64,000 nt of DNA, taken from NCBI GenBank assembly GCA_963674755.2, contig CAXXVS010000003.1:864001-928000 (forward strand). Reading direction: 5' to 3'. Of this stretch, positions 10,601 to 19,814 are shown one piece after another. Each line of letters opens with the position of its first letter. Position 1 is the stretch's first letter. This DNA is from Desulfobacterales bacterium (lineage in GTDB: Bacteria > Desulfobacterota > Desulfobacteria > Desulfobacterales > UBA5852). The notes beneath the pieces are model-generated. The model searched no databases and was not told the DNA's origin. It saw nothing but the letters and a program-made list of their open reading frames with translations. The position numbers and the translations under genes are program-made.

Positions 10601-11377
10601 CCAGCCAAAGTAGACCAGGAGACCATCGCCAAGATACTGGGCGATATAGCTCTCATAATGTTGAATGACGCTGGCCGCCGTCGCCTGGTAGGCCCGCATG
10701 ATTTCGCGAAGATCCTCCGGGTCCAGCTGCCCTGAAAGCTTGGTGGATTCTGCCATATCGCAGAACATCACGGTTAAATGGCGCCGTTCGGCTTCCGGGG
10801 AGTCAACATCCGTTGCGGGAGACGGGGGGATCGCGGCGCGGGGTCTCCCGGCCTTTTTGAGAGGCGGATCTATCACGGGTGCATCAGGGGGAGGGACACG
10901 GCTGACGTCCGGGGCCGCCGGCGGATCTTCAAAATCAAGTGAAGCATTCGCAGCAGGTGGCGTCTGGCCTGTCCAAACGAGGCCTGCCCCCTGTTCATCG
11001 CGTACCACCTTTCGGAAGAACAGTTCTTCCCGCAGAAGTTCCAGCACCGTATCGTCGATACCGAAGATGGTCTTCAGGGCGTTGTAGGTAATCCGTTTTT
11101 CGCGCTGGAGCAACAGCATCACGACGGGCAGGAGGGCCTGAAACCGTGTTCTGGTTTTCTGCTCTATCGCGGTGACAGGCGTCTCCGGTTCGGCGAGCCA
11201 GGCGAGCCCCTGGCGATCTTCCTCCACCTGTTGGGGGTATGCATATAGGATGGCTTCTTTGAGATCGTCTAAATAGGGGGTGTCAATGCTGAATTGACGC
11301 TTGAGGGCACGATAGGACACGCGTTTATCACGCTGGAGCCACCTGACGGTTTGTTGCAGCATGTCCTGAAATGTCAT
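7673..11377 (-). CDS. Class III adenylate/guanylate cyclase + AAA ATPase + TPR protein (STAND-like)
   Basis: VMFCD, YLGDG, IGIHTG, GETVNIAARIQ; Walker A GEAGIGKS, Walker B LVVWEDLHWAD; helical repeat C-terminus. Confidence 0.9.
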   Translation of the reverse strand: MTFQDMLQQTVRWLQRDKRVSYRALKRQFSIDTPYLDDLKEAILYAYPQQVEEDRQGLAWLAEPETPVTAIEQKTRTRFQALLPVVMLLLQREKRITYNALKTIFGIDDTVLELLREELFFRKVVRDEQGAGLVWTGQTPPAANASLDFEDPPAAPDVSRVPPPDAPVIDPPLKKAGRPRAAIPPSPATDVDSPEAERRHLTVMFCDMAESTKLSGQLDPEDLREIMRAYQATAASVIQHYESYIAQYLGDGLLVYFGWPQAHEDDAQRAVHTGLGIIDAISATLNTRLAAEKGIRLAVRIGIHTGSVVVGEMCNPDRCEQLATGETVNIAARIQGIATPNTVVISETTAHLVEEAFVLEDLGSHVLKGVAKPMRVSQVRGAVKGYAVKDHTPSDKAPFLVGRDEELGLLMRRWEQSKAGAGQVVLISGEAGIGKSVLVEGLCAQLSAEKGARMTFRCSPYHRHSALYPVITHIEQVFGFTRDDTADMKVGKMERVLQTSRLPMQEAVPILAALLSVALPEDQYPDRPQHLRQQTQDLLVAWLQEEAERQPALVVWEDLHWADASTLELLELFVDQAPTVNMLHVMTFRLDFVSPWAPRSHMTPIVINRLEKKQVGALIRHMAGDRQLPPEVLDHIVIKADGVPLYVEELTKTVLESSLLQKSTDRYVLTGPLSGVAIPATLHDSLMARLDRVPIAREIAQLGAVLGREFTYEMLRALATVDEPMLLECLGRLVANELLYQRGRPPRSTYVFKHALVHEAAYRSLLRRNRRVHHRAAAELMERQFPELVQTEPEIVAHHYSEADCPEQAIPYWHQAGRRAQQRSAHVEAIAHLTKALENLATLPETAQGTEDELEMLLAIGPSLIAIKGYAAREVEHIYLRARVLCRQLGETEQLSQTLWGLWGFYLVRANHPEALKVGKELRELAQGASDVFYRIQSHLTLGGTLFCMAEFVPASEHLEKGAALYPPPKHRSDTSLVDLGVFCAAWASQALWHTGYPDRALTRSREALILAEELAHPFSMALALNYAAIFHQFRREPKAALQRAEAAIIICREKKFAYYLGWAMIIRGWAIAEQGDCDKGAAVIQNGLHLLQETDAKRSMPYYQGLLAEVYGKGGQTGQGLHIISEAFAAAERIGERWWEAELYRLKGSFLLRQPAPDASRAEDSFQQALTVARSQHSIALELRAATHLCRLWQQQGKRDDARRLLFGVYNRLTEGFDTPDGKAAKGLLDEIA

Positions 11378-11489
11378 GGTTTCCTCTTCGCCGCATTGAT
11401 CTCTGCCAGCCAAGGATAATGGGTCGTGATGCGGTCGAAGTCCAAGCGTTGGACCGCTCTTGCCGTGTGCTTGTCGTTGCGGACGCGTC

Positions 11490-12878
11490 TTACGCCGACG
11501 GTTTGATGTTCTGGTTGATCCGGAAAAAATTTTCCGGGTCGTACTTCTTTTTAATCTGTTCCAGCCTGTTCTGGTTGACCCCGTAGGCCGACGGAATGCG
11601 GGTCACTTCTTCCTCGGTCATGAAGTTGACGTAGGCGCTGCCCGTGGCAAAGGGTTCGACGTGGGCGAAGAATTCGCGAGCCCAGGCGATGCAGGCCTGG
11701 TCTTCTTCGGCGGTTTCCCAGCGGGCATGCATGTTCATGACAAATTGGGTATCCCGGGCGCTGTAGGCCGTGGCGTCCGGTGCCACGCGGCTGGCTTGCC
11801 CGCCGAGAAGGGCAATAAAGGTTTCGCACTGGGGTGAGGGAAGTCGGCCGGCGTATTCGATGGCCGTGGCGATCGCACCGTCGCTCAGATCGGTGAAATT
11901 ATGAGATTTCCAATAATTGCGGGCGCCCGGGGTCAATAGCGGATCGAAGGCTTTTTGCCATGCCGTAAACGGCATGGGGCCGATATGTTCACCGCAGGAT
12001 GGGCCAAAATCTTGAAGCGGCTCGATGGCCGCCATGCCCTGCGCGGGGTCCCCGTCGAAGAACAACGCCAGGACGACGACATCCTTGCCGTGGACGGCTT
12101 CGGGCAAAAACGGCAGCGGCGGTGCCTTTCTAAGCACAACCCATACGTTCAAATCCGCATGAAGGGTCTCCACGAACCGTCGATACGCGGTCAGAATGGT
12201 TTCGGCCTGCTCGAAGGGATAGACAATCAGGCCGGCCAGTATCTCCGGACCCACGGGGTGGAGCTGAAATTCAAACAGGGTCACGATGCCGAAGTTTCCC
12301 CCGCCGCCGCGAATCGCCCAGAACAGGTCGGGATTTTCATCGGCACTGGCCCGCACCCGTTTGGCATCGGCGGTGATGATCTCGACCGCGATCAGATTGT
12401 CGACGGTCATGCCATGTTTGCGTGTCAACCAGCCAAAGCCGCCGCCCAGGGTCAACCCGGCTATACCGGTTGTGGAATTGATTCCCAGCGAAGTGGCCAA
12501 ACCGAACGCCTGGGCCTCATGGTCGAAATCCCCAAGGCTGGCACCCGGTTCCACATAAGCACGCCGGGTGTCGGGATTGATGTGTACCGATTTCATGGCC
12601 GACAGGTCGATCAGAAGGCCATCGTCGCATAATGCCGAGCCGCCGATGTTGTGCCCGCCGCCGCGAACCGAAACCCGCAAGCCGTTGTGGCGGGCGACGG
12701 TCACCGCGAGTATGACATCGGCAACGCCGGCGCACCGAACAATTCCGGCGGGCCGCCGGTCGATCATGGCATTCCAAATTTTACGGGCGTCTTCATAGCC
12801 GGCATCGCCGGGCAGCAGCACCGGCCCTCGGGCTCGGGTCTTGAGCGTTTCAACGACAGACGGGGATAGTTTGACCAT
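11490..12878 (-). CDS. FAD-binding oxidoreductase (FAD_binding_4 + BBE domain)
   Basis: RGGGHN covalent-FAD motif, GLTLGGGFG, GGGGNFG, YVNF, KKKYDPENFF; AGGAG RBS before ATG 12878. Confidence 0.9.
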   Translation of the reverse strand: MVKLSPSVVETLKTRARGPVLLPGDAGYEDARKIWNAMIDRRPAGIVRCAGVADVILAVTVARHNGLRVSVRGGGHNIGGSALCDDGLLIDLSAMKSVHINPDTRRAYVEPGASLGDFDHEAQAFGLATSLGINSTTGIAGLTLGGGFGWLTRKHGMTVDNLIAVEIITADAKRVRASADENPDLFWAIRGGGGNFGIVTLFEFQLHPVGPEILAGLIVYPFEQAETILTAYRRFVETLHADLNVWVVLRKAPPLPFLPEAVHGKDVVVLALFFDGDPAQGMAAIEPLQDFGPSCGEHIGPMPFTAWQKAFDPLLTPGARNYWKSHNFTDLSDGAIATAIEYAGRLPSPQCETFIALLGGQASRVAPDATAYSARDTQFVMNMHARWETAEEDQACIAWAREFFAHVEPFATGSAYVNFMTEEEVTRIPSAYGVNQNRLEQIKKKYDPENFFRINQNIKPSA

Positions 12879-13316
12879 GGTATGTCTCCTTGTTGAAATC
12901 GGCAATGGATCGGTCAGGGCCCCGGCAGATGGCGGCAGATGAAGCAACGGCAGCAATCGCGGAAGGAGACGGCCAGGACGGCCTTGGAAGCGATGCCGTT
13001 CCGGATGCTCAGAGGGCGGTTCCTGGTCCGTTCAGGTTCGGCCCGTTAGGGGGTGTAGCGGCCCTGAAGAATCGTGAACTTTATCGGATGAAGAATTATG
13101 TCGCGTTGGAGATATTGGTCTGAACTTAACCACATATCGGGTCGATGCAAGCCAATCCGCCACAGCGGAAAGCGATTCATCGACAGGGGTGTGCCTGCGC
13201 CGGCCGAGAATGTGACAGGGGTCCGTCCGCCTCGGGCCGGCAAGATTCTGATCGGGTCGCGGCTGCATACCGCAACCGTGATGACCGTATGGTCTCCCCG
13301 CCGTTCGTGCGCGGTT

Positions 13317-15755
13317 TTATAGATACAGAAAATAGGTCACGGCCACCAGGATGGCGACGTAGATCACCGCCAGGGGGCCCCCGATCTTGATGTAATCCCG
13401 GGTCCGGTAGGCACCGGGTCCCATATAGAGGGCGTTGACCTGGTGGGTGGGCAGGATAAAGGAATTGGACACCCCTATCCCCACGACGATGGCGGCCACG
13501 CGGGGATCCACCCCGATCTGGGTGGCGATGGAAATCCCCAGGGGCAATAGCAGGGTCAGGGCCCCCACATTCGAGATGACCATGGTGAAGCCGCAGCTCA
13601 GGAGCGCCATCACCACCAGAAACAGCAGCGGCGTCATCAGGGGGCCGAGTCCGGCCACGATGCCCCGGGCCATCCAGGCCGCCGTTCCGGTCTGATTCAT
13701 GGCCATGCCCAGCGGGATGAGACCCCCCAGCAGGAAGACGGTGCGCCAGTCCACGGCCCGGTAGGCCTCGTTGATGGTGATGACCCGCGCCAGCACCATG
13801 CCCACGGCCCCCAGCATGAGGCAGACCGAAAGGGGAATCGGGTTGTAGGCCAGGCGCTGGAAGTAAAAGCTGGACAACACCATCAAGAGCAGGGTCACCG
13901 CAAAAATACTTCCCGCCCAGGCTGCCTTTTCAGGCTTGTGGAATTCTTTTTCGAAAGGCGTGATGATGATCAGGTTGCGGTGCAGGTCCTCGATGGCATG
14001 CAATTGTTCCCAGGTGCCGTGCACGAGGATGGCATCTCCGGCCTGCAGTGGCCGGTCGGCCAGCTGCTTATAGTAGGTCTTGCCGGTCTGATGAATGGCC
14101 AGGGGGTTGAGCCCGAAGGTTTCCCGGAACCGGATTTGTTTGATCGTCTGGCCGATGAGGCTGGAACGCGGCGAGACGACGCCCTCCACAACGCCTGCCA
14201 GGGACGGGTTGAACATATTGTCCTTGAAGCATTGGGGCTCTTCGACCAGGGTCAGGCCGTAATCCTTGACAAATAGCAGGACCGCCTTGGGCGGGCCGTA
14301 GACGCACAGGATTTGACCCGGCCGGATGGTGCTTTGGGGAGAGGGGGCGATCTCGCAGGCGCTTTCCGTTTTAGCCGAGGCCACGATGTTGACCAGATAG
14401 CGGTGGCGAATATCGACCACGGACAGGGGCCGCTGCCCGGCCTGAAAGGTTTCGGGCACCAGGATTTCGAAGGGGCCCTTGATCAGCGGATAGGCGCTCA
14501 GAATCCCGTCTGCGTCGTGCCCGGCGCTTCCGGGGCGGCCTTCGGACCGACGCGCCGGGTGTCCGGCCAGCACGCGCATGCCGAACGTGGAGAGATAGGC
14601 GATGCCGCCTACCACCAGGGCCAGGCCGATGGGGGTCAGTTCCAGAAAGGTGAATTTGGGCATGCCGGGCGGCAGGATATCGTTCAACAGGATCAGCGGG
14701 CTCGTACCGATCATGGTCAGGGTGCCGCCCAGAATGGCGGCCATCCCGATGGGCATCAGCACCCGCGAAACGGGGATTTTAAGCCGGTAGGAGGCCACCA
14801 GCCGGATGGCCGGCAGAAAGAGCACGGCCGCGCCGGTATTCTGCATGACGCTGGAGATGAGCGCGATCATGCCGGAAAAAATAACGGTCAGGCGACGGGA
14901 ACTCGTTCCCACATACTTGATCAGGGGCTGGATCATCCGGTTGACCAGCCCGGCCCGGTTCAGCCCATAGCTGATGATCATGACCCCGATGATCGCCACC
15001 ACGGCATTGCTGCTGAGGCCCTTGAAGGTGTCCTGGGAATTCAGCAGCCCCAATTCGGGCAGCAGGACCATCATGGCGATGGCCACCACGTCCACCCGCA
15101 CCCATTCCACGATAAAGAAAAATACAGCTGCCAGGATAACGGCCAGCATCAGCAGCTTGGTGCCGATGTGGGTGTCGACGTCCACCGCCAGCTTGACGAT
15201 CCCCTGGTCCCGGACAGGTTCTCCCCGGGCGGTGGCCAGCCTCCCGTAGATATCCATCCATAGGGTATGCTTCCCGGCCCGGGTGCGCGTGCCCACCCGG
15301 TATTTCACCGCAGCGGTCAGCAATGAGGCATCCGGATGGGCGGCCCGGTCAAATTTGACCAGGATATGCTGGTGGGGCCGGTCCGGGTGCGCGGGATCCA
15401 AAAAAGCGATGCCGCTGCCCTCCGGGGCGGCGATCCAGACCAGCAGCGGAGAAGCGGCCTGATGATCCCAAAGGAGGCGCTTTTCAGAGGCCGTGGCCGA
15501 GTTGTCTATGTGGGCCTCGAGATTGATGTGGCCGCTCTCACCGGCAATCAAAGTGCCCAACGGTTCCTTTACCTGGAGGACAATGTGGAGGGGAGCGCGG
15601 GACAGTCGTGGGGCAGAGGCCTGGGCGGCCGGCGATCCGGCCGGGGGCGGCGGGGTTGCGGCACGGGCGGTGCGGTTGGCGGAAGATCCGGTAACCAGCC
15701 CGAAGGCCGCCAAGAATAGCACGACGATATAAGTGGAACACTTAGGCATACGCAT
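13317..15755 (-). CDS. SLC13/CitMHS family permease with TrkA-C domains and extra N-terminal exported domain
   Basis: LGGTLTMIGTSPLILL, internal RCK_C-like segment, SFILPTHQVNALYMGPGAY C-terminal motif. Confidence 0.85.
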   Translation of the reverse strand: MRMPKCSTYIVVLFLAAFGLVTGSSANRTARAATPPPPAGSPAAQASAPRLSRAPLHIVLQVKEPLGTLIAGESGHINLEAHIDNSATASEKRLLWDHQAASPLLVWIAAPEGSGIAFLDPAHPDRPHQHILVKFDRAAHPDASLLTAAVKYRVGTRTRAGKHTLWMDIYGRLATARGEPVRDQGIVKLAVDVDTHIGTKLLMLAVILAAVFFFIVEWVRVDVVAIAMMVLLPELGLLNSQDTFKGLSSNAVVAIIGVMIISYGLNRAGLVNRMIQPLIKYVGTSSRRLTVIFSGMIALISSVMQNTGAAVLFLPAIRLVASYRLKIPVSRVLMPIGMAAILGGTLTMIGTSPLILLNDILPPGMPKFTFLELTPIGLALVVGGIAYLSTFGMRVLAGHPARRSEGRPGSAGHDADGILSAYPLIKGPFEILVPETFQAGQRPLSVVDIRHRYLVNIVASAKTESACEIAPSPQSTIRPGQILCVYGPPKAVLLFVKDYGLTLVEEPQCFKDNMFNPSLAGVVEGVVSPRSSLIGQTIKQIRFRETFGLNPLAIHQTGKTYYKQLADRPLQAGDAILVHGTWEQLHAIEDLHRNLIIITPFEKEFHKPEKAAWAGSIFAVTLLLMVLSSFYFQRLAYNPIPLSVCLMLGAVGMVLARVITINEAYRAVDWRTVFLLGGLIPLGMAMNQTGTAAWMARGIVAGLGPLMTPLLFLVVMALLSCGFTMVISNVGALTLLLPLGISIATQIGVDPRVAAIVVGIGVSNSFILPTHQVNALYMGPGAYRTRDYIKIGGPLAVIYVAILVAVTYFLYL

Positions 15756-15936
15756 TGCGCGATCAGCCTCAACCATTTTGCGTATTATAAAACTGCCACC
15801 AGACCAGTTCAGGATGAATGGAGATATCGATTGATAAATAGTATCCATCCAGAGGATGCCATCTATGGTTGGCTACTTACAATGCTTACCGCGGATCAGC
15901 TGCAAGATGCAAGAGGGCTGATCATACCGCTATTAT

Positions 15937-16070
15937 CGACGGGGTTGTCAACAAGTCCCCGAGCCGTCACGAGTGCGAATGCAGACACCCAAAACCAGCG
16001 GAAATGACAGGCTCCCCGTCTTCTGCGGTGATCATAAAACGACACCTTCAAGGCCTCTTTTCGAGTTCAA
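15937..16070. repeat. Degenerate palindromic repeat at left edge of AT-rich island
   Basis: Begins GACGGGGTTGTCAACAAGTCC, similar to the GACGG..AAA..CC terminus of family A; remainder eroded. Confidence 0.35.
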
Positions 16071-16270
16071 AATGATTGTCATCATTTTGAATCAACAAAA
16101 TTTGTTTATATTGTAGTAAATATCTGATTTAATATTGTTATTAAAAAATTTCAGCGCTAATGGCGATTTTTTTGTAAATTGTCTCATATTTCCCGTTTTC
16201 GTTAAAAAACAGCAGCATGATATTATTATATTTATGGGATTTAATAAGTAATCAATTTAGAGGATTGTTT

Positions 16271-17053
16271 ATGAGTAAAAAGGTCGTTGATTATTACACG
16301 GAAATATTTAGTGAAAATGAACGTCATGAAGATGGTTTTGGTCAAATTCAACGACAGCGTACACTTAATATTTTTAAACAATACCTTCAAGGTAAGCCTC
16401 GCAAAATAATTGATATTGGTGGAGCAACTGGTGCGTATTCATTTGATTTAGCAAAAGCTGGTCATAATGTGCATCTATTAGACATAGTGCCCGCTCATAT
16501 AGAAAAGGCTGAAAGAATCGGTTTGGATAAAGGAATTCTCCTTGATGGTTACCATGTTGGTGACGCTAAGGATTTAGAATTTGAAGATAACTCATTTGAC
16601 GCTGTGATCTTGCATGGTCCGCTATATCACATCACAGGCTTAGTTGAGAGAAAGAAAGTCCTCAATGAAGCTCTTCGGATTCTAAAGCCCAATGGGGTTC
16701 TGTTTGGTTTTGCAATTAATCGCTATGCGGGTGTTTTCTACGGTATTCATAGTGAGCTTATTCTGGATGACACCTATTTTGAAATGGTTAAAACAGAAGT
16801 AGAAACAGGTTTTAGAACTCGTAATCCAACTTGGCATTTTCATTTGCCTGAAGAATTAGAAGCAGAAATAACGTCGTCAGGCTTCAAAATAGAGGCAACG
16901 AAAGGCGTAGTTAGCCCTGTTTGGATGCTTCCTGATATTGAGTCAAAACTAGCTGATGCTGAAATGCATGAAAAAATAATTAGGGTTTGCGAGCTTCTTG
17001 AGAATGAGCCTAAGATTGGACAGGATTTTGTGTGCATCGGGCGAAAACAATAG
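16271..17053 (+). CDS. Class I SAM-dependent methyltransferase
   Basis: IIDIGGATG motif I, FDAVILHGPLYH, LKPNG; AT-rich. Confidence 0.88.
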   Translation: MSKKVVDYYTEIFSENERHEDGFGQIQRQRTLNIFKQYLQGKPRKIIDIGGATGAYSFDLAKAGHNVHLLDIVPAHIEKAERIGLDKGILLDGYHVGDAKDLEFEDNSFDAVILHGPLYHITGLVERKKVLNEALRILKPNGVLFGFAINRYAGVFYGIHSELILDDTYFEMVKTEVETGFRTRNPTWHFHLPEELEAEITSSGFKIEATKGVVSPVWMLPDIESKLADAEMHEKIIRVCELLENEPKIGQDFVCIGRKQ

Positions 17054-17061
17054 TCAGCTCC

Positions 17062-17121
17062 CATACACAATAAAATTCAGCGGACGCAAAAAAGCCGCGC
17101 CGCTGATTTAAGCGGTTATGA
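17062..17121 (+). mobile_element. Degenerate integron attC-like site 1
   Basis: CATA(C)AC..GTTATGA outer arms; inner arms AAAT(T)CAGCGG / CCGCTGATTT with one unpaired base; starts 9 nt after a stop codon. Confidence 0.65.
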
Positions 17122-17206
17122 GTCAATCAATGACATTCCTAAATTTTAAAAAAACATGTAAATCATTCTAATTAAAAAATCTGCTATACCAAGGAGAATT
17201 GGCTAA

Positions 17207-18034
17207 ATGTCAATTGGAAAACGTATAATTGAAACCGCAATTGAAAACGGTGCAACACTTGCCGGTATAGCAAGCATGGAAGCGCTTAAAATATCGGCGT
17301 CTCACATGATATATAATAAAATGATGGATTGTGCCGGAATTAATCCTGTTAAAGATGTTGAGGGCCTTCCTGACAACGAATTCATCACTGATGACCAATC
17401 ACTTCAAGGCAATGAGTTGTTCACATGGCCTGACTCAGTAAAATCAATACTCGTCATCGGACTTTCGCATCCAAAAGATAATCCGGAGCTTGATTGGTGG
17501 GATGGTAGAGGTACGCTTGGCAATCGTATATTAATTGATATTATAAAGCGGACAAGTCAACAGATTGACAATTATCTGAAAGTAAGGACCCGAAAGCTTC
17601 ATTATTACGTTGAAAAAGGGGGCATTTTTCTTAAAGATGCAGCCGTGCTTGCCGGGTTAGGATGTATTGGAAAGAATAATATGCTTATAACACCGTCAAA
17701 TGGTCCCAGGATTCGACTCAGGGCCCTATTTTTAGATGATAAAATACACCCAACCGGGCCAATAGACTTTGACCCCTGTGCCGCTTGTAAAGTTCACTGT
17801 CGAAGAGTTTGTCCCGAAAATGCCATGGCTGAGAAAGCTTCAATGTTTGAGTCAATTGAATTTTCTGGAGCCTTGCCAGGAAGAGATGGCACGTATAGTA
17901 GAGAGCGCTGTAATAATAGAATGAAAAAAGATATTACCGAAAGCACTAGAAACAACAGCGACAAAAAAACTGCGATAAAATTCTGTAGAAAGTGTGAGTT
18001 TATTTGCCCTGTAGGAAAGAGGCGAACGGTATAA
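17207..18034 (+). CDS. Epoxyqueuosine reductase (QueG)/reductive dehalogenase-like Fe-S protein
   Basis: KDAAVLAGLGCIGKNNMLIT..GPRIRL; CxxCxxxCxxxCP and CRKCEFICP motifs. Confidence 0.8.
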   Translation: MSIGKRIIETAIENGATLAGIASMEALKISASHMIYNKMMDCAGINPVKDVEGLPDNEFITDDQSLQGNELFTWPDSVKSILVIGLSHPKDNPELDWWDGRGTLGNRILIDIIKRTSQQIDNYLKVRTRKLHYYVEKGGIFLKDAAVLAGLGCIGKNNMLITPSNGPRIRLRALFLDDKIHPTGPIDFDPCAACKVHCRRVCPENAMAEKASMFESIEFSGALPGRDGTYSRERCNNRMKKDITESTRNNSDKKTAIKFCRKCEFICPVGKRRTV

Positions 18035-18116
18035 ATTGGAATATAGCCACATAACATCTATATGGCCTTCGGTTGTCAAGGGAAAAACTTCTCCTGTAGA
18101 TCGAAAGAGGTAAAGA

Positions 18117-18174
18117 GGTCAAGTCTGCCCATGACTCAATTAAATTTCAGGATGAGTCATGGGCAGACTTGACC
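18117..18174. repeat. Perfect 22-bp inverted repeat (REP-like hairpin)
   Basis: GGTCAAGTCTGCCCATGACTCA - 14 nt - TGAGTCATGGGCAGACTTGACC. Confidence 0.85.
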
Positions 18175-18329
18175 CCAATACTCCTGGATTGTTGAGAATT
18201 CACAGCTTTATTCAGATATCAATTCATTAATCATGAAGGATATAATTCGAATAAATTCTGTTGAGGATATTTGTAAGCATCTGGAGTCCATTATTGAAAA
18301 TAATCCAAAACGCAAGCAGATGATTAAAT

Positions 18330-19250
18330 TCAATGTTGTTTGAAAGGAAGAGTAAGAATAACTGGCTGTTTCTGATATATTTCTGAAATTAATTGGTCAT
18401 TTTCTTGTTTGGTTCCACTAAAATTTTCAGGCTGTTTATCATACATATATTTTAATAGTTTAAAGACCATTGCATGCTCCCATTGATAATTCTTACTACC
18501 ATAATTATGGACCAGAATATTTGGAATTTTTGAGTAAGCATTAACATCTCTTAATTGTTCAGCTCCAGGTCCTGCATATTTCCTTATTAGGTCATAAATT
18601 AAATATATTTGTTCATTATTTCTTTTTTCAACTTCATCAAATGGGAAGTCTAAGTTGGTTTTTCCATCCCAGTAGTCCATATATCCCATATGAGAACCAT
18701 AGTGGTCCATATCACCAATAATTGATTTTCTAAACATATATATTTTGAAATATTTCCCGCCGACCCCAATGACTTCTCCTCTTTTAACAATTATGTTAGT
18801 CTGGGCTAATTTTACAAGTTCACTTGATCCATTCGGCTTCATATGAATATAATGAGTTCGGATTCCACCCCCATGATCCATAATTATTTTGTCTTCTAAA
18901 CCATGGTAGCCATTCCTTCTGACTTCAATAAATGCAATTTTGCCATTTGCAGGGGCAACAATTGGTTCTCTAGATGATAATACATATTGGATGCCTGCCC
19001 AAGCAACCTTATGTTCAATCACATTATCGAGCCAAGTCTGTCTTTCATGATGATAATGCTTTAGGTTTGGATTAAATCCATTGTAAGGGTTAAATCCACC
19101 TGCTGCTTTTGATAAGTCCCCTTTAATTCCAGATAAGCTGCAGCCTGCTATATTGGGAATGACTGTACTAACCCCCAGAATAGCTGCTAATTTTAGAAAG
19201 GTCCTTCTATCGGTATGGGAGTTGAATAACCGTTCATATTGTTCTGACAT
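18330..19250 (-). CDS. Tat-signal lipoprotein with degenerate M23 peptidase-like domain
   Basis: DRRTFLK twin-Arg, lipobox IAGC, PIVAPANGKI, IIMDHGGGIRTHYIHM, VKRGEVIG. Confidence 0.65.
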   Translation of the reverse strand: MSEQYERLFNSHTDRRTFLKLAAILGVSTVIPNIAGCSLSGIKGDLSKAAGGFNPYNGFNPNLKHYHHERQTWLDNVIEHKVAWAGIQYVLSSREPIVAPANGKIAFIEVRRNGYHGLEDKIIMDHGGGIRTHYIHMKPNGSSELVKLAQTNIIVKRGEVIGVGGKYFKIYMFRKSIIGDMDHYGSHMGYMDYWDGKTNLDFPFDEVEKRNNEQIYLIYDLIRKYAGPGAEQLRDVNAYSKIPNILVHNYGSKNYQWEHAMVFKLLKYMYDKQPENFSGTKQENDQLISEIYQKQPVILTLPFKQH

Positions 19251-19504
19251 TTTGTCCTAGAATATCCGATATATTTTATGTTGGACCTAAATTTATTTTA
19301 CTTATGTATAAAATATTAAAAATTCTATCAGACGTCAATTACTTTGTCCGGTTCGCAGTCAGCCCGATTGACCAGCGACAAAATGCCCAAGATTGCCTTG
19401 CAGGCTGCGCGGGGATCCAGCTCATGCTCAAGCCGTTCCCATATGCGTTGGTAAGTCTCTCCCGGCAGCAGATCATCCCGTATCTGAGAGTACCGAAAAG
19501 CCTG

Positions 19505-19730
19505 TGGCTTAAAGGAGAACCGTCATCTGAAGGGGGCAAACTTTATAAGAGCGCTGAACCGGAGGTTGCAGGGCCATTACAATTACTTCAATGTGCCCGG
19601 CAACTTGAATTCGTTGTGGCGTTTTTACCGCTGGTCAGTGGGCTGTGCATTCAAATGGCTGAACCGGCGAGGGGGAAAGCGCAAAAGCTTTTCCTGGAAA
19701 GTGTTCACACGCGCCATAGACCGGCTAGGT
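19505..19730 (+). pseudogene. Group II intron reverse transcriptase/maturase remnant (thumb/X domain)
   Basis: KENRHLKGANFIRALNRRLQGHYNYFNVPGNLNSLWRFY..KWLNRRGGKRKSFSW; frameshift near 19510; no YADD domain. Confidence 0.8.
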
Positions 19731-19731
19731 A

Positions 19732-19790
19732 CCATAACATCTAAATCAACGGGACGCTGTAAAGCGTTGCACCCGTTAATAAAGCGACCT
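19732..19790 (+). mobile_element. Degenerate attC-like site 2
   Basis: CCATAAC left core, ATCAACGGG / CCCGTTAAT inner arms; right GTT core lost. Confidence 0.45.
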
Positions 19791-19814
19791 ACCTTAATCG
19801 CCAAAAGGATGGGA

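Noticed and set aside
13145..13163. Sigma-54-like TGGC..TTGC upstream of the FAD oxidoreductase
   Set aside because: GG-to-GC spacing is 11 nt rather than the required 10
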